A stretch of DNA of 61,954 nucleotides, counting the filler. It is 7 parts of 7 records of this genome, joined end to end, with 100 filler letters (N's around TTAATTAATTAA, not from the genome) between each part and the next. Parts side by side here need not be neighbours in the genome. Positions count along the whole stretch, not along the records: positions 17,783 to 32,352 come from DRR723986_7970; 6 more parts are not named here. One strand, 5' to 3'. Positions within the stretch are counted from its first letter, which is position 1, and every line of letters starts with the position of its first letter. Position numbers and translations under genes: made by a program. The notes under the pieces were generated by a model. That model was given only the letters and a program-made list of their open reading frames with translations, was not told the DNA's origin and did no database searches. Of this stretch, positions 18,441-28,237 are shown piece by piece.

Positions 18441-19535
18441 TCAAGCGGCCCGCTGACGCGCCAGATGGATGGCATCATACCAACGCAAAACGTGATGCGC
18501 CGGGCGCCCATGTTCGGGCAGGGAGCCACGGTCAAATGACTGGAGCAGGCTGTTGGCCAGATGTTGGCCATTGCGCCGAATACGTCCGATATAAAGGCTT
18601 TCCAGCGTGGTGCCGGCGGCCAGCAATGTTTCATGGGACGGCAACAGCAACTGGGCATAGCGAATGACGGGTCCGCAGGGTTCCTCAAGCGCGGCGAACC
18701 CGTTGACGAGATGACGTGCGGGCACCAGTACTGCCTCTTGGTTGAACAGATATTCCACCTCCGGCCCGTCGATGATCAGTCTTTGATCGGGGGAAACGAT
18801 GATATCTTGTTGCAAGCCAAAGTAGGGGGCGCGCAGCCGCACGGGGCGATAACTGCCGCGGGCCGGAACCATTCTATCCAGGCTATGGAGAACCGGCACG
18901 ATGCCCGCGTTGCCCGTCAGAACGGTATCACCGCGCTGTAGTTGACCCACTTGCTTGTACCCGCGCGGCGTCGCAACCGGTGTGCTTGGCAGCAGGCTTG
19001 GCATCGGGCCAATTGGTTCGATCTGATCCGACAGCGCGGCAAAGATCATATCGGCAGAAAAGCTGTGATCATTGCGCCCCAACATCAGGTCGCGAATGTC
19101 ATCCAGCGATAGCGGTTTTGGCACGTCGATATAGGCATGCGAGATTTGCGCGTCTTCCGGCCGCTCCAGCGTCATCCGGGCCCAGTTTGCGTTGCAGTCC
19201 CACGAATAGGTAATCCTGACTACATCTGTGCGCCCGGTTTCGGATCTTTGGATCGCGGCATGACAGATGTCCTGATCCTGCACCTGTACCATCGCGATGC
19301 CGCCACCAGGGATGGCCTGAAAGGTCAGGCTGCGCAACTCGGGATAGGTTGTCTTGTAACCGAACAGAACCTGCGGCTTGCCATCAGGGGTCAGGCGGGT
19401 CTCAAACATGATCGTGCCACGGTTAAGCAAGCTACCGGGATGATCCGCCAGCAGAGGTTTGTCTTTCTTGTCGGCGCCAAGACCGCGCAGGGAAAACCGC
19501 CGGTCATCGTGATCGCTGAGGGCCAGCCAGGTCAT
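18441..19535 (-). CDS. Hint (bacterial intein-like) domain protein, degenerate active site
   Basis: Start MTWLAL at 19535, 1 nt after the upstream stop; PSLLPSTPVATPRG...LQRGDTVLT...VSPDQRL...YAQLLLPSHE...ESLY. Confidence 0.8.
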   Translation of the reverse strand: MTWLALSDHDDRRFSLRGLGADKKDKPLLADHPGSLLNRGTIMFETRLTPDGKPQVLFGYKTTYPELRSLTFQAIPGGGIAMVQVQDQDICHAAIQRSETGRTDVVRITYSWDCNANWARMTLERPEDAQISHAYIDVPKPLSLDDIRDLMLGRNDHSFSADMIFAALSDQIEPIGPMPSLLPSTPVATPRGYKQVGQLQRGDTVLTGNAGIVPVLHSLDRMVPARGSYRPVRLRAPYFGLQQDIIVSPDQRLIIDGPEVEYLFNQEAVLVPARHLVNGFAALEEPCGPVIRYAQLLLPSHETLLAAGTTLESLYIGRIRRNGQHLANSLLQSFDRGSLPEHGRPAHHVLRWYDAIHLARQRAA

Positions 19536-19536
19536 C

Positions 19537-21120
19537 TTAAGCCACCTGACCAGAACGCAGAAGATCGGCTTCAAACCGCTTCAAGGTCCGACGTGCCGCG
19601 GGGGGATAGCCGATGCCGGTTTCAGGATCAATTTCGGGAAAGAGCGCACAGATCTCGGCGACAACTTCTGTTTCAAAGCTCTTGTTGGTTTGCGGGCCGG
19701 GCAGATAGCTTTCTGTCTCAAGCCCCTCGGAGAACACCACCTGATGACGGTCAAACAGCAGGTGAACATAGGTCACATCGCCGCCCGGTCTGCGCCGCAC
19801 GGACCTGTCGTTGACCAGATCACGCGCCGCGACCAAGACCTCGGCCTCCCCAAACAGAAGCTCTGCCAGATTGTCACGGATCAAGACCCGGTGCAGCGGA
19901 GAAACCAGCAGGTCGCGGTGATCGCCAAAGGTGTTGGCGCGGATATGGATCGGGGCAAATTCGCCCTCGGCCTCAACTTTGCGTGTCCCGATCCAGCGCA
20001 AGGGTTGCGGCCCGTCATCCTGGGTCAGCACCAGATCCCCCGGCATCAGGGTTTCTGCCGGGCGTTCGCCGTCAGGCGTTGCGATCATGGTTCCGGCGAC
20101 AAAACACGGCACGCCGGTCGCGTTGACAAAGCCGACGTCAACGTCGCTGCCGTTGTCGACGGTATAGGTAAAGTTGAAGTTCTCGACATCGCCATCCCCC
20201 GTCACCGTAAAGGTGCCGTTCGGGTTCAACTTGACCGTTTGTCCGGTGGGCAGTGTGATCGTATCACCGGCAACGACATCCTGCCCGTTGATCTGGGTGA
20301 TGGTCAGGGTGCTGCCGGGGGTGTTGTTGATGTCATTGGCCAGCACATCGATGTCTTTGTCGCCGTCTGGGTAGAGGTCGATGTCATCGGACACTGCAAC
20401 AAGACTGGTCTGAACGGAATTGCCAGCGATCAACAGATTTGAATCGAAACGGTTGTCCGAGACATCCGCAATTGCGATCCGCATGGAGTTGACCACATTG
20501 GGCGTGACCGCCATCGTCAGGGTCATCGTGATGGTAAATCCGTCCATCTCGGTGTTGTAATCGTCAGACTGGTTGTTGACGTACATGTTGATGTTGTTGG
20601 TGGTGTTGACGTTACCCGGATCGGTATCGCCATTGCCAACATCCATCGGCACCAGATCGCCATTGACCCAGACACCTACAAAATCCTGATAGATCGAGTT
20701 TTGGAATTCTGGGTATTCCTCGGATGAAAACACAAACTGCATGGTCATCGTGGCCGCATCGGGGATGAAATCCACATCCAGTGTTGAGGCATCATAGGTG
20801 CGCGCGCCAGCATGGCTGTTGTACATGCTGACATTGTTGCTGCCGGAGGTATTGGTGCCGGTGTTGGTGTTTTGGTTGGACTGGCCGCTGGAATTGGTGA
20901 AATCCTCAGCCTCACCCGTGGACATGATTACACCGGTATCAGACGGCGTGACCCCCGGCGCAACGCTGTTGCCGTTTGAGTAGATGCCCGCGCTGTCGCG
21001 ATCACCGAAGTATGTGGCGCCAGTGACCGTGACGCCATTGCCAAAGATCGCCTGCGCCATATCAAGCGCGGTTGTGCCCTCGCGCACCGTTTCAATAGGG
21101 AGTTCCGACGCTGCTACCAT
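19537..21120 (-). CDS. Choice-of-anchor L / cadherin-like / Hint domain protein
   Basis: FVFSSEEYPEF and IAIADVSD (anchor-L type); IDVLAND...FTYTV (Ig/cadherin-like); PCFVAGTMIATPDG...VSPLHRVL...YVHLLFDRHQVVFSEGLETESYLPG (Hint). Confidence 0.88.
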   Translation of the reverse strand: MVAASELPIETVREGTTALDMAQAIFGNGVTVTGATYFGDRDSAGIYSNGNSVAPGVTPSDTGVIMSTGEAEDFTNSSGQSNQNTNTGTNTSGSNNVSMYNSHAGARTYDASTLDVDFIPDAATMTMQFVFSSEEYPEFQNSIYQDFVGVWVNGDLVPMDVGNGDTDPGNVNTTNNINMYVNNQSDDYNTEMDGFTITMTLTMAVTPNVVNSMRIAIADVSDNRFDSNLLIAGNSVQTSLVAVSDDIDLYPDGDKDIDVLANDINNTPGSTLTITQINGQDVVAGDTITLPTGQTVKLNPNGTFTVTGDGDVENFNFTYTVDNGSDVDVGFVNATGVPCFVAGTMIATPDGERPAETLMPGDLVLTQDDGPQPLRWIGTRKVEAEGEFAPIHIRANTFGDHRDLLVSPLHRVLIRDNLAELLFGEAEVLVAARDLVNDRSVRRRPGGDVTYVHLLFDRHQVVFSEGLETESYLPGPQTNKSFETEVVAEICALFPEIDPETGIGYPPAARRTLKRFEADLLRSGQVA

Positions 21121-21261
21121 GTGCCTCAAACCTCTGGTTCAGATAGAACGTGGCAGCCTGCATGGTGTGCCCATGCGATTGTTCTTGGATGCAAGCGCGG
21201 CCGGATTTTTCCGGTTCCGTCATTTGCGATATGCTGCTGCGCCCTGCCTCGGGTCATATTA

Positions 21262-21300
21262 TTGCCACAAACTTAACACGAGGATTTAGGAACTGTTAAC
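21262..21300. promoter_or_regulatory. Two CtrA-like boxes upstream of the Hint genes
   Basis: TTGC-N7-TTAAC and TTTA-N7-TTAAC versus consensus TTAA-N7-TTAAC. Confidence 0.45.
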
Positions 21301-21385
21301 CTTTTCTGGGCCATCCCCCTTGGCATCGCGTGTTTTTCGCCACAAAACAGGGCAAATTTGACTGACCTAGCCAAAAGGAACCGCC

Positions 21386-22531
21386 ATGCCCGGTGTTGAT
21401 CCCGCCGAACTGACCGCGCAACTGGTGCGCTGTGCCTCTGTCACGCCTGCCAATGAAGGGGCGCTGGAAATCCTGCATGACCTGCTGAGCGAGGCCGGTT
21501 TTGAATGTGCATGGGCGGATCGAGGCGGCATTCGCAATCTGTTCGCCCGCTGGGGCAACAAGGGCAACACACGCGCCTTTGGGTTCAATGGTCACACCGA
21601 TGTCGTGCCGATTGGCAATCCTGAGGATTGGTCCATGCCACCCTTCGGGGCCGAGATCAAAGACGGCATCATGTTCGGGCGCGGCACCACGGATATGAAA
21701 TCCGGCGTTGCCGCTTTTGCCGCCGCAGCCGTAGATTTTGTAAAAGACACCCCGCCCGACGGGTCGATCATTCTGACCATTACGGGCGATGAAGAAGGTG
21801 ATGCGCTGGATGGCACCACCGCGCTGCTTGAGTATATGGAAAACAATGGCGAACGCATGGATGTGTGTCTGGTGGGCGAGCCGACCTGCCCAGAGACCAT
21901 GGGCGAGATGATGAAAATCGGGCGCCGCGGGTCGATGAATGCCCGCATCGCAGTCACAGGTGTGCAGGGGCATTCGGCCTATCCGCACCGCGCCAACAAT
22001 CCGCTCAATGCGATGGTCCGGCTGATGGACAGGTTGGCCTCGCATGAGCTGGATCAAGGCACAGACCACTTTGACGCCTCCACATTGGCGATTGTGACCG
22101 TTGATACTGGCAACCCGGCAACAAATGTCATCCCGGCAAGCTGCACAGCCGGTTTGAACATCCGCTTTAATGATCTGCACTCAGGGGCCAGCCTGACCAC
22201 ATGGCTGGAGCAACAAAACGCGCTCATCCGCGATGAATTTGGCGTTGAGATCGAGATGAGCGTCAAAATCTCCGGTGAAAGCTTCATCACGCCGCCCGGA
22301 CCCTTGTCGGATATGATCGGCAAGGCGGTCGAGGCCGAAACGGGGGTGAAACCTGTGTTGTCCACATCGGGCGGCACATCAGATGCGCGGTTTGTCAAAC
22401 ATCACTGTCCGGTGGTGGAATTCGGGTTGGTCGGCCAATCCATGCACAAGGTCGATGAACATGTGAAGGTGGAGCATATTCACCAGCTCAAGGCGATCTA
22501 TGGCCGCATTCTGCGGGACTATTTTGCGTGA
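21386..22531 (+). CDS. dapE: Succinyl-diaminopimelate desuccinylase
   Basis: [47 protein letters not shown]. Confidence 0.95.
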   Translation: MPGVDPAELTAQLVRCASVTPANEGALEILHDLLSEAGFECAWADRGGIRNLFARWGNKGNTRAFGFNGHTDVVPIGNPEDWSMPPFGAEIKDGIMFGRGTTDMKSGVAAFAAAAVDFVKDTPPDGSIILTITGDEEGDALDGTTALLEYMENNGERMDVCLVGEPTCPETMGEMMKIGRRGSMNARIAVTGVQGHSAYPHRANNPLNAMVRLMDRLASHELDQGTDHFDASTLAIVTVDTGNPATNVIPASCTAGLNIRFNDLHSGASLTTWLEQQNALIRDEFGVEIEMSVKISGESFITPPGPLSDMIGKAVEAETGVKPVLSTSGGTSDARFVKHHCPVVEFGLVGQSMHKVDEHVKVEHIHQLKAIYGRILRDYFA

Positions 22532-23103
22532 AAAACGCCACCCTCATCGTGATGGTGAAGGAACCCCGCCCCGGACGGGTGAAAACACGGCTGGGACGTG
22601 ACATTGGAATGACAGCTGCGGCGTGGTGGTTTCGCCATCAAACCCGCCGTCTGTTGCGCCGAATCGAAGATCCGCGCTGGCAGGTTGTTCTGGCTGTCGC
22701 GCCGGATGTTGAAGGCCTGAAAAGCCGCAACTGGCCGTCACATCTCCACCGCTTTCCGCAAGGCAACGGAAATCTGGGCGACCGTATGGCGCGGATGCTG
22801 CGTCTGTCCGCACCGGGGCCGGCCTGCGTGATTGGCGCCGATATTCCCGGCATCACCCGCCACCACATTGCCGAGGCATTTGCCGCGCTGGGCGATCATG
22901 ATGCGGTTTTTGGCCCTGCGCCGGATGGTGGTTACTGGCTTGTCGGGTTGAAACATCCTGCACGCCAGCCAGCGGGATTTTTCGCAGGTGTGCGTTGGTC
23001 CAGCGCAGATGCACTATCAGACAGCAAGGCAACACTTGCGGGCCACCGGATTGCTGACATTACGCCACTGCGGGACATAGACACAGCAGACGATTTGCGA
23101 TGA
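22528..23103 (+). CDS. DUF2064 / TIGR04282-type glycosyltransferase-like protein
   Basis: [48 protein letters not shown]. Confidence 0.85.
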   Translation: MKNATLIVMVKEPRPGRVKTRLGRDIGMTAAAWWFRHQTRRLLRRIEDPRWQVVLAVAPDVEGLKSRNWPSHLHRFPQGNGNLGDRMARMLRLSAPGPACVIGADIPGITRHHIAEAFAALGDHDAVFGPAPDGGYWLVGLKHPARQPAGFFAGVRWSSADALSDSKATLAGHRIADITPLRDIDTADDLR

Positions 23104-23134
23104 CGCGCCGCAGGTCGCGTGCTACCTCAGGGAT

Positions 23135-25390
23135 ATGAGCAAAATCCCCTCCAAACCCGAAATTCTCGAATGGATCACCCAGAACCCGACCCTGACCGCC
23201 AAGCGTGACATCGCCAAAGCGTTCGGGATCAAAGGCGCCGCGCGCATAGACCTCAAGCGGGTGCTGAAAGAGCTGGAAGCCGAAGGTCATCTGGAAAAGC
23301 GCAAGCGCAGCTATCAAGACCCTGACCGTTTGCCGCCGGTCTCCGTTTTGGTGGTCACTGGCCCGGACCGTGATGGTGATCTTTTCGCCAAGCCGATGGA
23401 GTGGCAGGGCGAAGGCGTAGAACCGCGTGTGCTGGTCTTGCCGCGTGCCTCCGATCCGGCGCTGGGTGAAGGGGATCGCATTCTGGCGCGGCTTACGCTG
23501 ATCAAGAACGAAGACCATCATTATGAGGCGCGACTTATCCGGCGCATCGGGACCAACCCTAAGAAAGTCTTGGGTATTTTTCGCAAACGGACTGAAGGCG
23601 GCCGGATTGTTCCCATCGACAAAGGCTCTGACAAGGAGTGGATCGTCGCCGATGATGCCACCTTCGGGGCCAAGGACGGTGAGCTGGTCGAAGGGGAACT
23701 GGCGGGGCCAAAAGGCCGGATGGGCCTGCCGCGTGCGCGCATCGTTGACCGGTTGGGCGATCCGTCCGCACCCAAAGCCGTGTCGCTGATCGCGATCCAT
23801 CAACACGGTATTCCCGATCAGTTTCCCGATGATGTGATCGCGCAGGCGGATGCGGCCAAACCGATGGGCCTGAAAGGGCGCGAGGATCTGCGCGAAATGC
23901 CGTTGATCACAATTGATCCCTCCGATGCGCGGGATCATGACGATGCCTGTTACGCGCATGCCGATGATGATCCCAAGAACGAAGGCGGGCATGTCGTCTG
24001 GGTCGCGATTGCGGATGTAGCCGCCTATGTCACACCCGGATCGCCGTTGGACCAAGAGGCGCGCCGGCGGGGCAATTCGACCTATTTCCCGGACCGCGTT
24101 GTGCCGATGTTGCCGGACCGCCTTTCGGGGGATTTGTGTAGCCTGCATGAAGGCGTGCCGCGGCCCTGTATCGCCGTGCGCATGGTGCTTGATCCCAAGG
24201 GCAACAAACTGCGGCACAGCTTTCATCGGGGGCTGATGAAATCTCCGGCATCGCTGCATTATCAAGAGGTGCAGGACGCGATCGACGGACAGCCCAATGA
24301 GCGGACCGAAGCCTTGCTGGAACCGGTGCTGAAACCGCTCTATGCCGCTTATGAGGCGTTAAAGCTGGCCCGCGCGGAACGGCAACCGCTTGACCTCGAC
24401 TTGCCCGAGCGGCGCATCGAACTCGAGGCCGACGGGACTGTTAAATCGGTGAATTTCAAGGAACGGCTGGACGCGCATCGGTTGATCGAAGAATTCATGG
24501 TGCTGGCCAATGTAGCGGCGGCAGAAACGCTTTTGGCAAAGAAGGTTGATCTGCTGTTTCGGGTCCATGAGGAACCCTCACCCGAAAAGCTGGAGAGCCT
24601 TCGGGAGACCGCGCAAGCAGCAGGGTTCAAGCTGGCCAAGGGTCAAGTTTTGCAGACCGCCCATCTGAACCGGTTGCTCAATGATGCGGCGGGCAGTGAC
24701 GAGGCGGAGCTGATCAACATCTCGACGCTGCGGTCGATGACACAGGCCTATTATGCGCCGCAACATCTGGGTCACTTTGGGCTGGCGCTGCGGTCCTACG
24801 CACATTTCACCTCGCCCATCCGCCGCTATGCCGATCTGATCGTGCACCGTGCATTGATTACGGCGCACGGCTGGGGAAAGGACGGGCTTAGCCCCGAAGA
24901 GATTGAGCGGCTCGAACAAACCGCGGCGCATATTTCAGACACCGAGCGCCGGTCGATGATGGCGGAGCGTGACACGACGGATCGTTATCTTGCGTCCTAT
25001 TTGTCAGAACGGGTTGGCAATGAAATGACCGGCCGGACCAGCGGCATTGCCCGGTTCGGCGTGTTTGTGAAACTGGACGAGACCGGCGCGGACGGGCTTA
25101 TTCCGATGCGCAATCTGGGGCGCGAATACTTCCACCACGATGCGGACAGCCAGACCCTGATGGGGTCTGACACCGGCATGGTCATTGGTCTGGGGCAACG
25201 GGTCAAAGTGCGGCTTTCGGAGGCCGTTCCTGTTACTGGTGGAATCGCGCTTGAGCTGCTTGAGATCGAGGATCAGAAGATAAAACAAGGCTCGCGCAGC
25301 CCCGCAGGCCGAAGCCCGCGTGGCAAGGCGCATAAGGCCAAACGCAAGAAGGACAAGATCAAGCGCAAAGTAACGCGGCGCCGTCGGTGA
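23135..25390 (+). CDS. rnr: Ribonuclease R
   Basis: TIDPSDARDHDDA, HFTSPIRRYADLIVHR, S1 domain, basic tail. Confidence 0.95.
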   Translation: MSKIPSKPEILEWITQNPTLTAKRDIAKAFGIKGAARIDLKRVLKELEAEGHLEKRKRSYQDPDRLPPVSVLVVTGPDRDGDLFAKPMEWQGEGVEPRVLVLPRASDPALGEGDRILARLTLIKNEDHHYEARLIRRIGTNPKKVLGIFRKRTEGGRIVPIDKGSDKEWIVADDATFGAKDGELVEGELAGPKGRMGLPRARIVDRLGDPSAPKAVSLIAIHQHGIPDQFPDDVIAQADAAKPMGLKGREDLREMPLITIDPSDARDHDDACYAHADDDPKNEGGHVVWVAIADVAAYVTPGSPLDQEARRRGNSTYFPDRVVPMLPDRLSGDLCSLHEGVPRPCIAVRMVLDPKGNKLRHSFHRGLMKSPASLHYQEVQDAIDGQPNERTEALLEPVLKPLYAAYEALKLARAERQPLDLDLPERRIELEADGTVKSVNFKERLDAHRLIEEFMVLANVAAAETLLAKKVDLLFRVHEEPSPEKLESLRETAQAAGFKLAKGQVLQTAHLNRLLNDAAGSDEAELINISTLRSMTQAYYAPQHLGHFGLALRSYAHFTSPIRRYADLIVHRALITAHGWGKDGLSPEEIERLEQTAAHISDTERRSMMAERDTTDRYLASYLSERVGNEMTGRTSGIARFGVFVKLDETGADGLIPMRNLGREYFHHDADSQTLMGSDTGMVIGLGQRVKVRLSEAVPVTGGIALELLEIEDQKIKQGSRSPAGRSPRGKAHKAKRKKDKIKRKVTRRRR

Positions 25391-26090
25391 CCCATCGTTT
25401 GCCCAAGGCGTCACTGACCCGGTCTGTGTAGCGGCACAGCACTTCATCCTCGGCAACGCGTGTCTTGAGCAGGGTTTTGCCCGGCGTGGCCCGCATATTG
25501 GCCAGCATCGCCGCGACCGAAGCATCAGCCGCTGTGGGCCTGTCGCCGAACAGATAGGCGCCAAGCCAAAGCCGTGTCGAAATGGCTTGCAGGTCCGGCT
25601 CAAGCCTGGCGAGGCGTTCTTCGTCGGACCACCGGCCAAGGCCTTGAAAGTGCGTGCCCTGAATGACTGACTTGCGCAATTTGTTGGTGATCAATTTACG
25701 CAAAATCTTGGGAATGCTGTCAAAATAGGTTTCTCGAACCACTGGCCAAACTGCATCGTTGCACCACCTGTCCGCGACGATGTGGAAATACATATGCTCT
25801 TCCGCCATGCGGATGAACGCACGCGACGTGGCCTTTTCCATATCGGACAACCCTGGATCAAACTCCGCGCCCAGACCTTCAAGATGGCTGCGGATATTGT
25901 CGCTGTCATGGATCAGCTGGCCGTCTGTTTGGATTGCGGGCAGTTTCTGATTGGGCATCTTGCGCGGATCAGCAAGGTCTTCGCGTTGCCAATCCTGCCC
26001 TGACATATTCAAAAGCCAGATGGCCTTGGTGCAAAACGGGCTTGCGGCGGGTTCGCCAAAGGCGGGTTTGTAAGTGTAGAGGGTGATCAT
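25359..26090 (-). CDS. Glutathione S-transferase family protein (metaxin/FAX-like)
   Basis: SPFCTK, KLPAI...IHDSDNI, YLFGDRPTAADASV; start re-called at ATG 26090 behind GGAGA. Confidence 0.85.
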   Translation of the reverse strand: MITLYTYKPAFGEPAASPFCTKAIWLLNMSGQDWQREDLADPRKMPNQKLPAIQTDGQLIHDSDNIRSHLEGLGAEFDPGLSDMEKATSRAFIRMAEEHMYFHIVADRWCNDAVWPVVRETYFDSIPKILRKLITNKLRKSVIQGTHFQGLGRWSDEERLARLEPDLQAISTRLWLGAYLFGDRPTAADASVAAMLANMRATPGKTLLKTRVAEDEVLCRYTDRVSDALGKRWVTDGAALLCA

Positions 26091-26129
26091 CAGTGTCTCC
26101 TTTTTCTGATGCCGGAGTAACATTCGATG

Positions 26130-26146
26130 CTGTCAATTTCTGACAG
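26130..26146. promoter_or_regulatory. Putative WYL-regulator operator
   Basis: Inverted repeat CTGTCA-N5-TGACAG in the 75-nt divergent gap between the GST and WYL genes. Confidence 0.6.
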
Positions 26147-26165
26147 GATGGGATATGCTTCCAAG

Positions 26166-26909
26166 ATGACCCGCACGCACCGCCTGTTTCAATTGATGAC
26201 AACATTGCGCCGCTTGCCCGCACCCGTTCGGGCCGTGCAATTGGCGAACGAGATGGATGTGTCCCTGCGCACTGTCTATCGCGATATTGACGCGTTGCGC
26301 GGGCTTGGCGCTGTGATTGATGGCGAGGCCGGGTTTGGCTACACCTTGATCGAAGACGCCGCATTGCCGCCGCTTGGGTTCGAGGACGACGAACTGGAGG
26401 CGTTGGTCTTGGGCCTGCGCGATGTGGCGGTGATTGGCGATCCGGCCCTGTCACGCGCTGCAGAATCTGCGCTTGCCAAGCTGACTGCGCGGGTGCCGCC
26501 CCGGCAGGCGCACCGCCTGCAACACGCCATTCTGGACGCCCGCCGTTTCTTTCGCCCTGAACCACCTCGCATTGATGTGGCGGATTTGCGTGCAGCGACA
26601 TGGGCCGAAGAAACAGTGGCGTTCTCTTATGTTGATGCCAAAGGCGCCCCGTCGATGCGCGAGGTTGATCCATTGGGTATCGTCTATATGCAGGACACCA
26701 ATATGCTCATGGCGTGGTGTCATTTACGCCGTGATTTCAGGGTGTTCCGCCTTGACCGGATGGATGATCTGCGGCGCACCGGGCAAAGTTTCCGGCCACG
26801 CAGGGTGCCAATGCTTCGAGAGTACACAGAGCAATTGAGGGCCGAAGCTGAAGAGCGGGCAAGATGCCGCCCAAGCGCAACCGGCGCTTCTGAGGATGAC
26901 AATTCCTGA
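26166..26909 (+). CDS. YafY-like HTH-WYL transcriptional regulator
   Basis: LANEMDVSLRTVYRDIDALR...GEAGFGY; WYL-type LMAWCHLRRDFRVFRLDRM. Confidence 0.9.
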   Translation: MTRTHRLFQLMTTLRRLPAPVRAVQLANEMDVSLRTVYRDIDALRGLGAVIDGEAGFGYTLIEDAALPPLGFEDDELEALVLGLRDVAVIGDPALSRAAESALAKLTARVPPRQAHRLQHAILDARRFFRPEPPRIDVADLRAATWAEETVAFSYVDAKGAPSMREVDPLGIVYMQDTNMLMAWCHLRRDFRVFRLDRMDDLRRTGQSFRPRRVPMLREYTEQLRAEAEERARCRPSATGASEDDNS

Positions 26910-26942
26910 TAAGATGGCCTTGCAGGTAACAGGTGAAAATTG

Positions 26943-28205
26943 ATGCGTATGAACAGTCTTCTAGGTGCGATGTCATTGGCTATTGCACCGGTTCTGGCAC
27001 TGGCGGCAGGGCCGGAAACATCGTCTCGGCCACCGGAACAGCGCAGCGCTTTGGCTGCCGTTGCGGGCGTGGCCGCACAGGAGCCTTCGGGGCTGACAAA
27101 GTGGATCGCGGGTTTTCGTAAACGCGCCCTGTCGCAAGGCATTTCGGCACAGACCTTTGACACTGCAATGACTGGTCTTCGCTATGATGCGCAGGTGATC
27201 AAACGCGACCGGAATCAATCGGAATTTACCAAAACGATCTGGGATTATCTGGACACTGCCGTATCTGATCTGCGCATTGCGAACGGGCGCAAGGCCTTGG
27301 CCAAATGGCAAAGCACGCTGACCAATATCGAAGCGCGCTATGGCGTAGAGAAGGAGGTTGTCACCGCAATCTGGGGGCTGGAAAGCGCATATGGCACCTT
27401 TCGCGGCAGTGACAATGTCATTCGCTCACTGGCGACGCTGGCCTATGATGCACGCCGCGCGGCGTTCTTTGAGGCAGAGCTGATCCATGCGCTGACCATT
27501 TTGCAATCGGGTGACACCGACCGGTCCCGGATGCGCGGAAGCTGGGCCGGCGCGATGGGGCATACACAGTTTATGCCATCATCATTTCTGGCACATGCGG
27601 TCGATTTTGACGGCGATGGTCGGCGCAACATTTGGGAGGATGATCCCAAGGATGCTTTGGCGTCAACCGCTGCCTATCTGAAACATTTTGGCTGGACCAA
27701 AGGGCAACCGTGGGGCGTTGAGGTCTCGTTGCCTGAGGGGTTCGATTACACGACTGCCCGCCGCGATCTGGTGAAACTGCCAAGTGTATGGGCCGCCCAA
27801 GGCGTAAAGGGCACAAATGGCCCGATCGCCGACCACGGCACGGCATCAGTGCTGTTGCCGGGCGGTGCGGAGGGCGCCGCGTTCTTGGTGTTCGACAATT
27901 TCGAAGTGCTGGAAAGGTACAACACCGCAGATGCCTATGTGATCGGTGTCGGGCATCTTAGCGATCGGATCAAAGGCGGCGGGCCGATTCGCCATGACTG
28001 GCCGCGCGGCGACCGCGCCCTGACATTTGATGAGCGGATAGAGTTGCAAAAGCGGCTGACGGCGGCGGGCTTTGATACCATCAAGATCGACGCCAAAATG
28101 GGGCCTTTGACCATCAACGCCGTGCGCAATTTCCAGAAAGCCAGAGGGCTTTTGCCAGACGGTTATCCCTCATTGCGATTGTTGGAGCGTTTGAGAGCGC
28201 TATAG
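26943..28205 (+). CDS. Lytic murein transglycosylase (MltB-like) with PG-binding domain
   Basis: AIWGLESAYG, GSWAGAMGHTQFMPSS, YNTADAY, C-terminal LQKRL...AVRNFQ. Confidence 0.92.
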   Translation: MRMNSLLGAMSLAIAPVLALAAGPETSSRPPEQRSALAAVAGVAAQEPSGLTKWIAGFRKRALSQGISAQTFDTAMTGLRYDAQVIKRDRNQSEFTKTIWDYLDTAVSDLRIANGRKALAKWQSTLTNIEARYGVEKEVVTAIWGLESAYGTFRGSDNVIRSLATLAYDARRAAFFEAELIHALTILQSGDTDRSRMRGSWAGAMGHTQFMPSSFLAHAVDFDGDGRRNIWEDDPKDALASTAAYLKHFGWTKGQPWGVEVSLPEGFDYTTARRDLVKLPSVWAAQGVKGTNGPIADHGTASVLLPGGAEGAAFLVFDNFEVLERYNTADAYVIGVGHLSDRIKGGGPIRHDWPRGDRALTFDERIELQKRLTAAGFDTIKIDAKMGPLTINAVRNFQKARGLLPDGYPSLRLLERLRAL

Positions 28206-28228
28206 GCCGGTAAAGGTCCGGCCTATAG
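28200..28228. terminator. Hairpin between convergent genes
   Basis: Perfect 11-bp inverted repeat CTATAGGCCGG/CCGGCCTATAG. Confidence 0.6.
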
Positions 28229-28237
28229 AGATGTTGA

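Noticed and set aside
22528-23103. Arsenosugar biosynthesis locus implied by the TIGR04282-type gene
   Set aside because: No arsM/arsS or partner genes nearby; it sits in a housekeeping dapE-rnr context.
23060-24265. 401-aa minus-strand ORF
   Set aside because: Antisense shadow of rnr.
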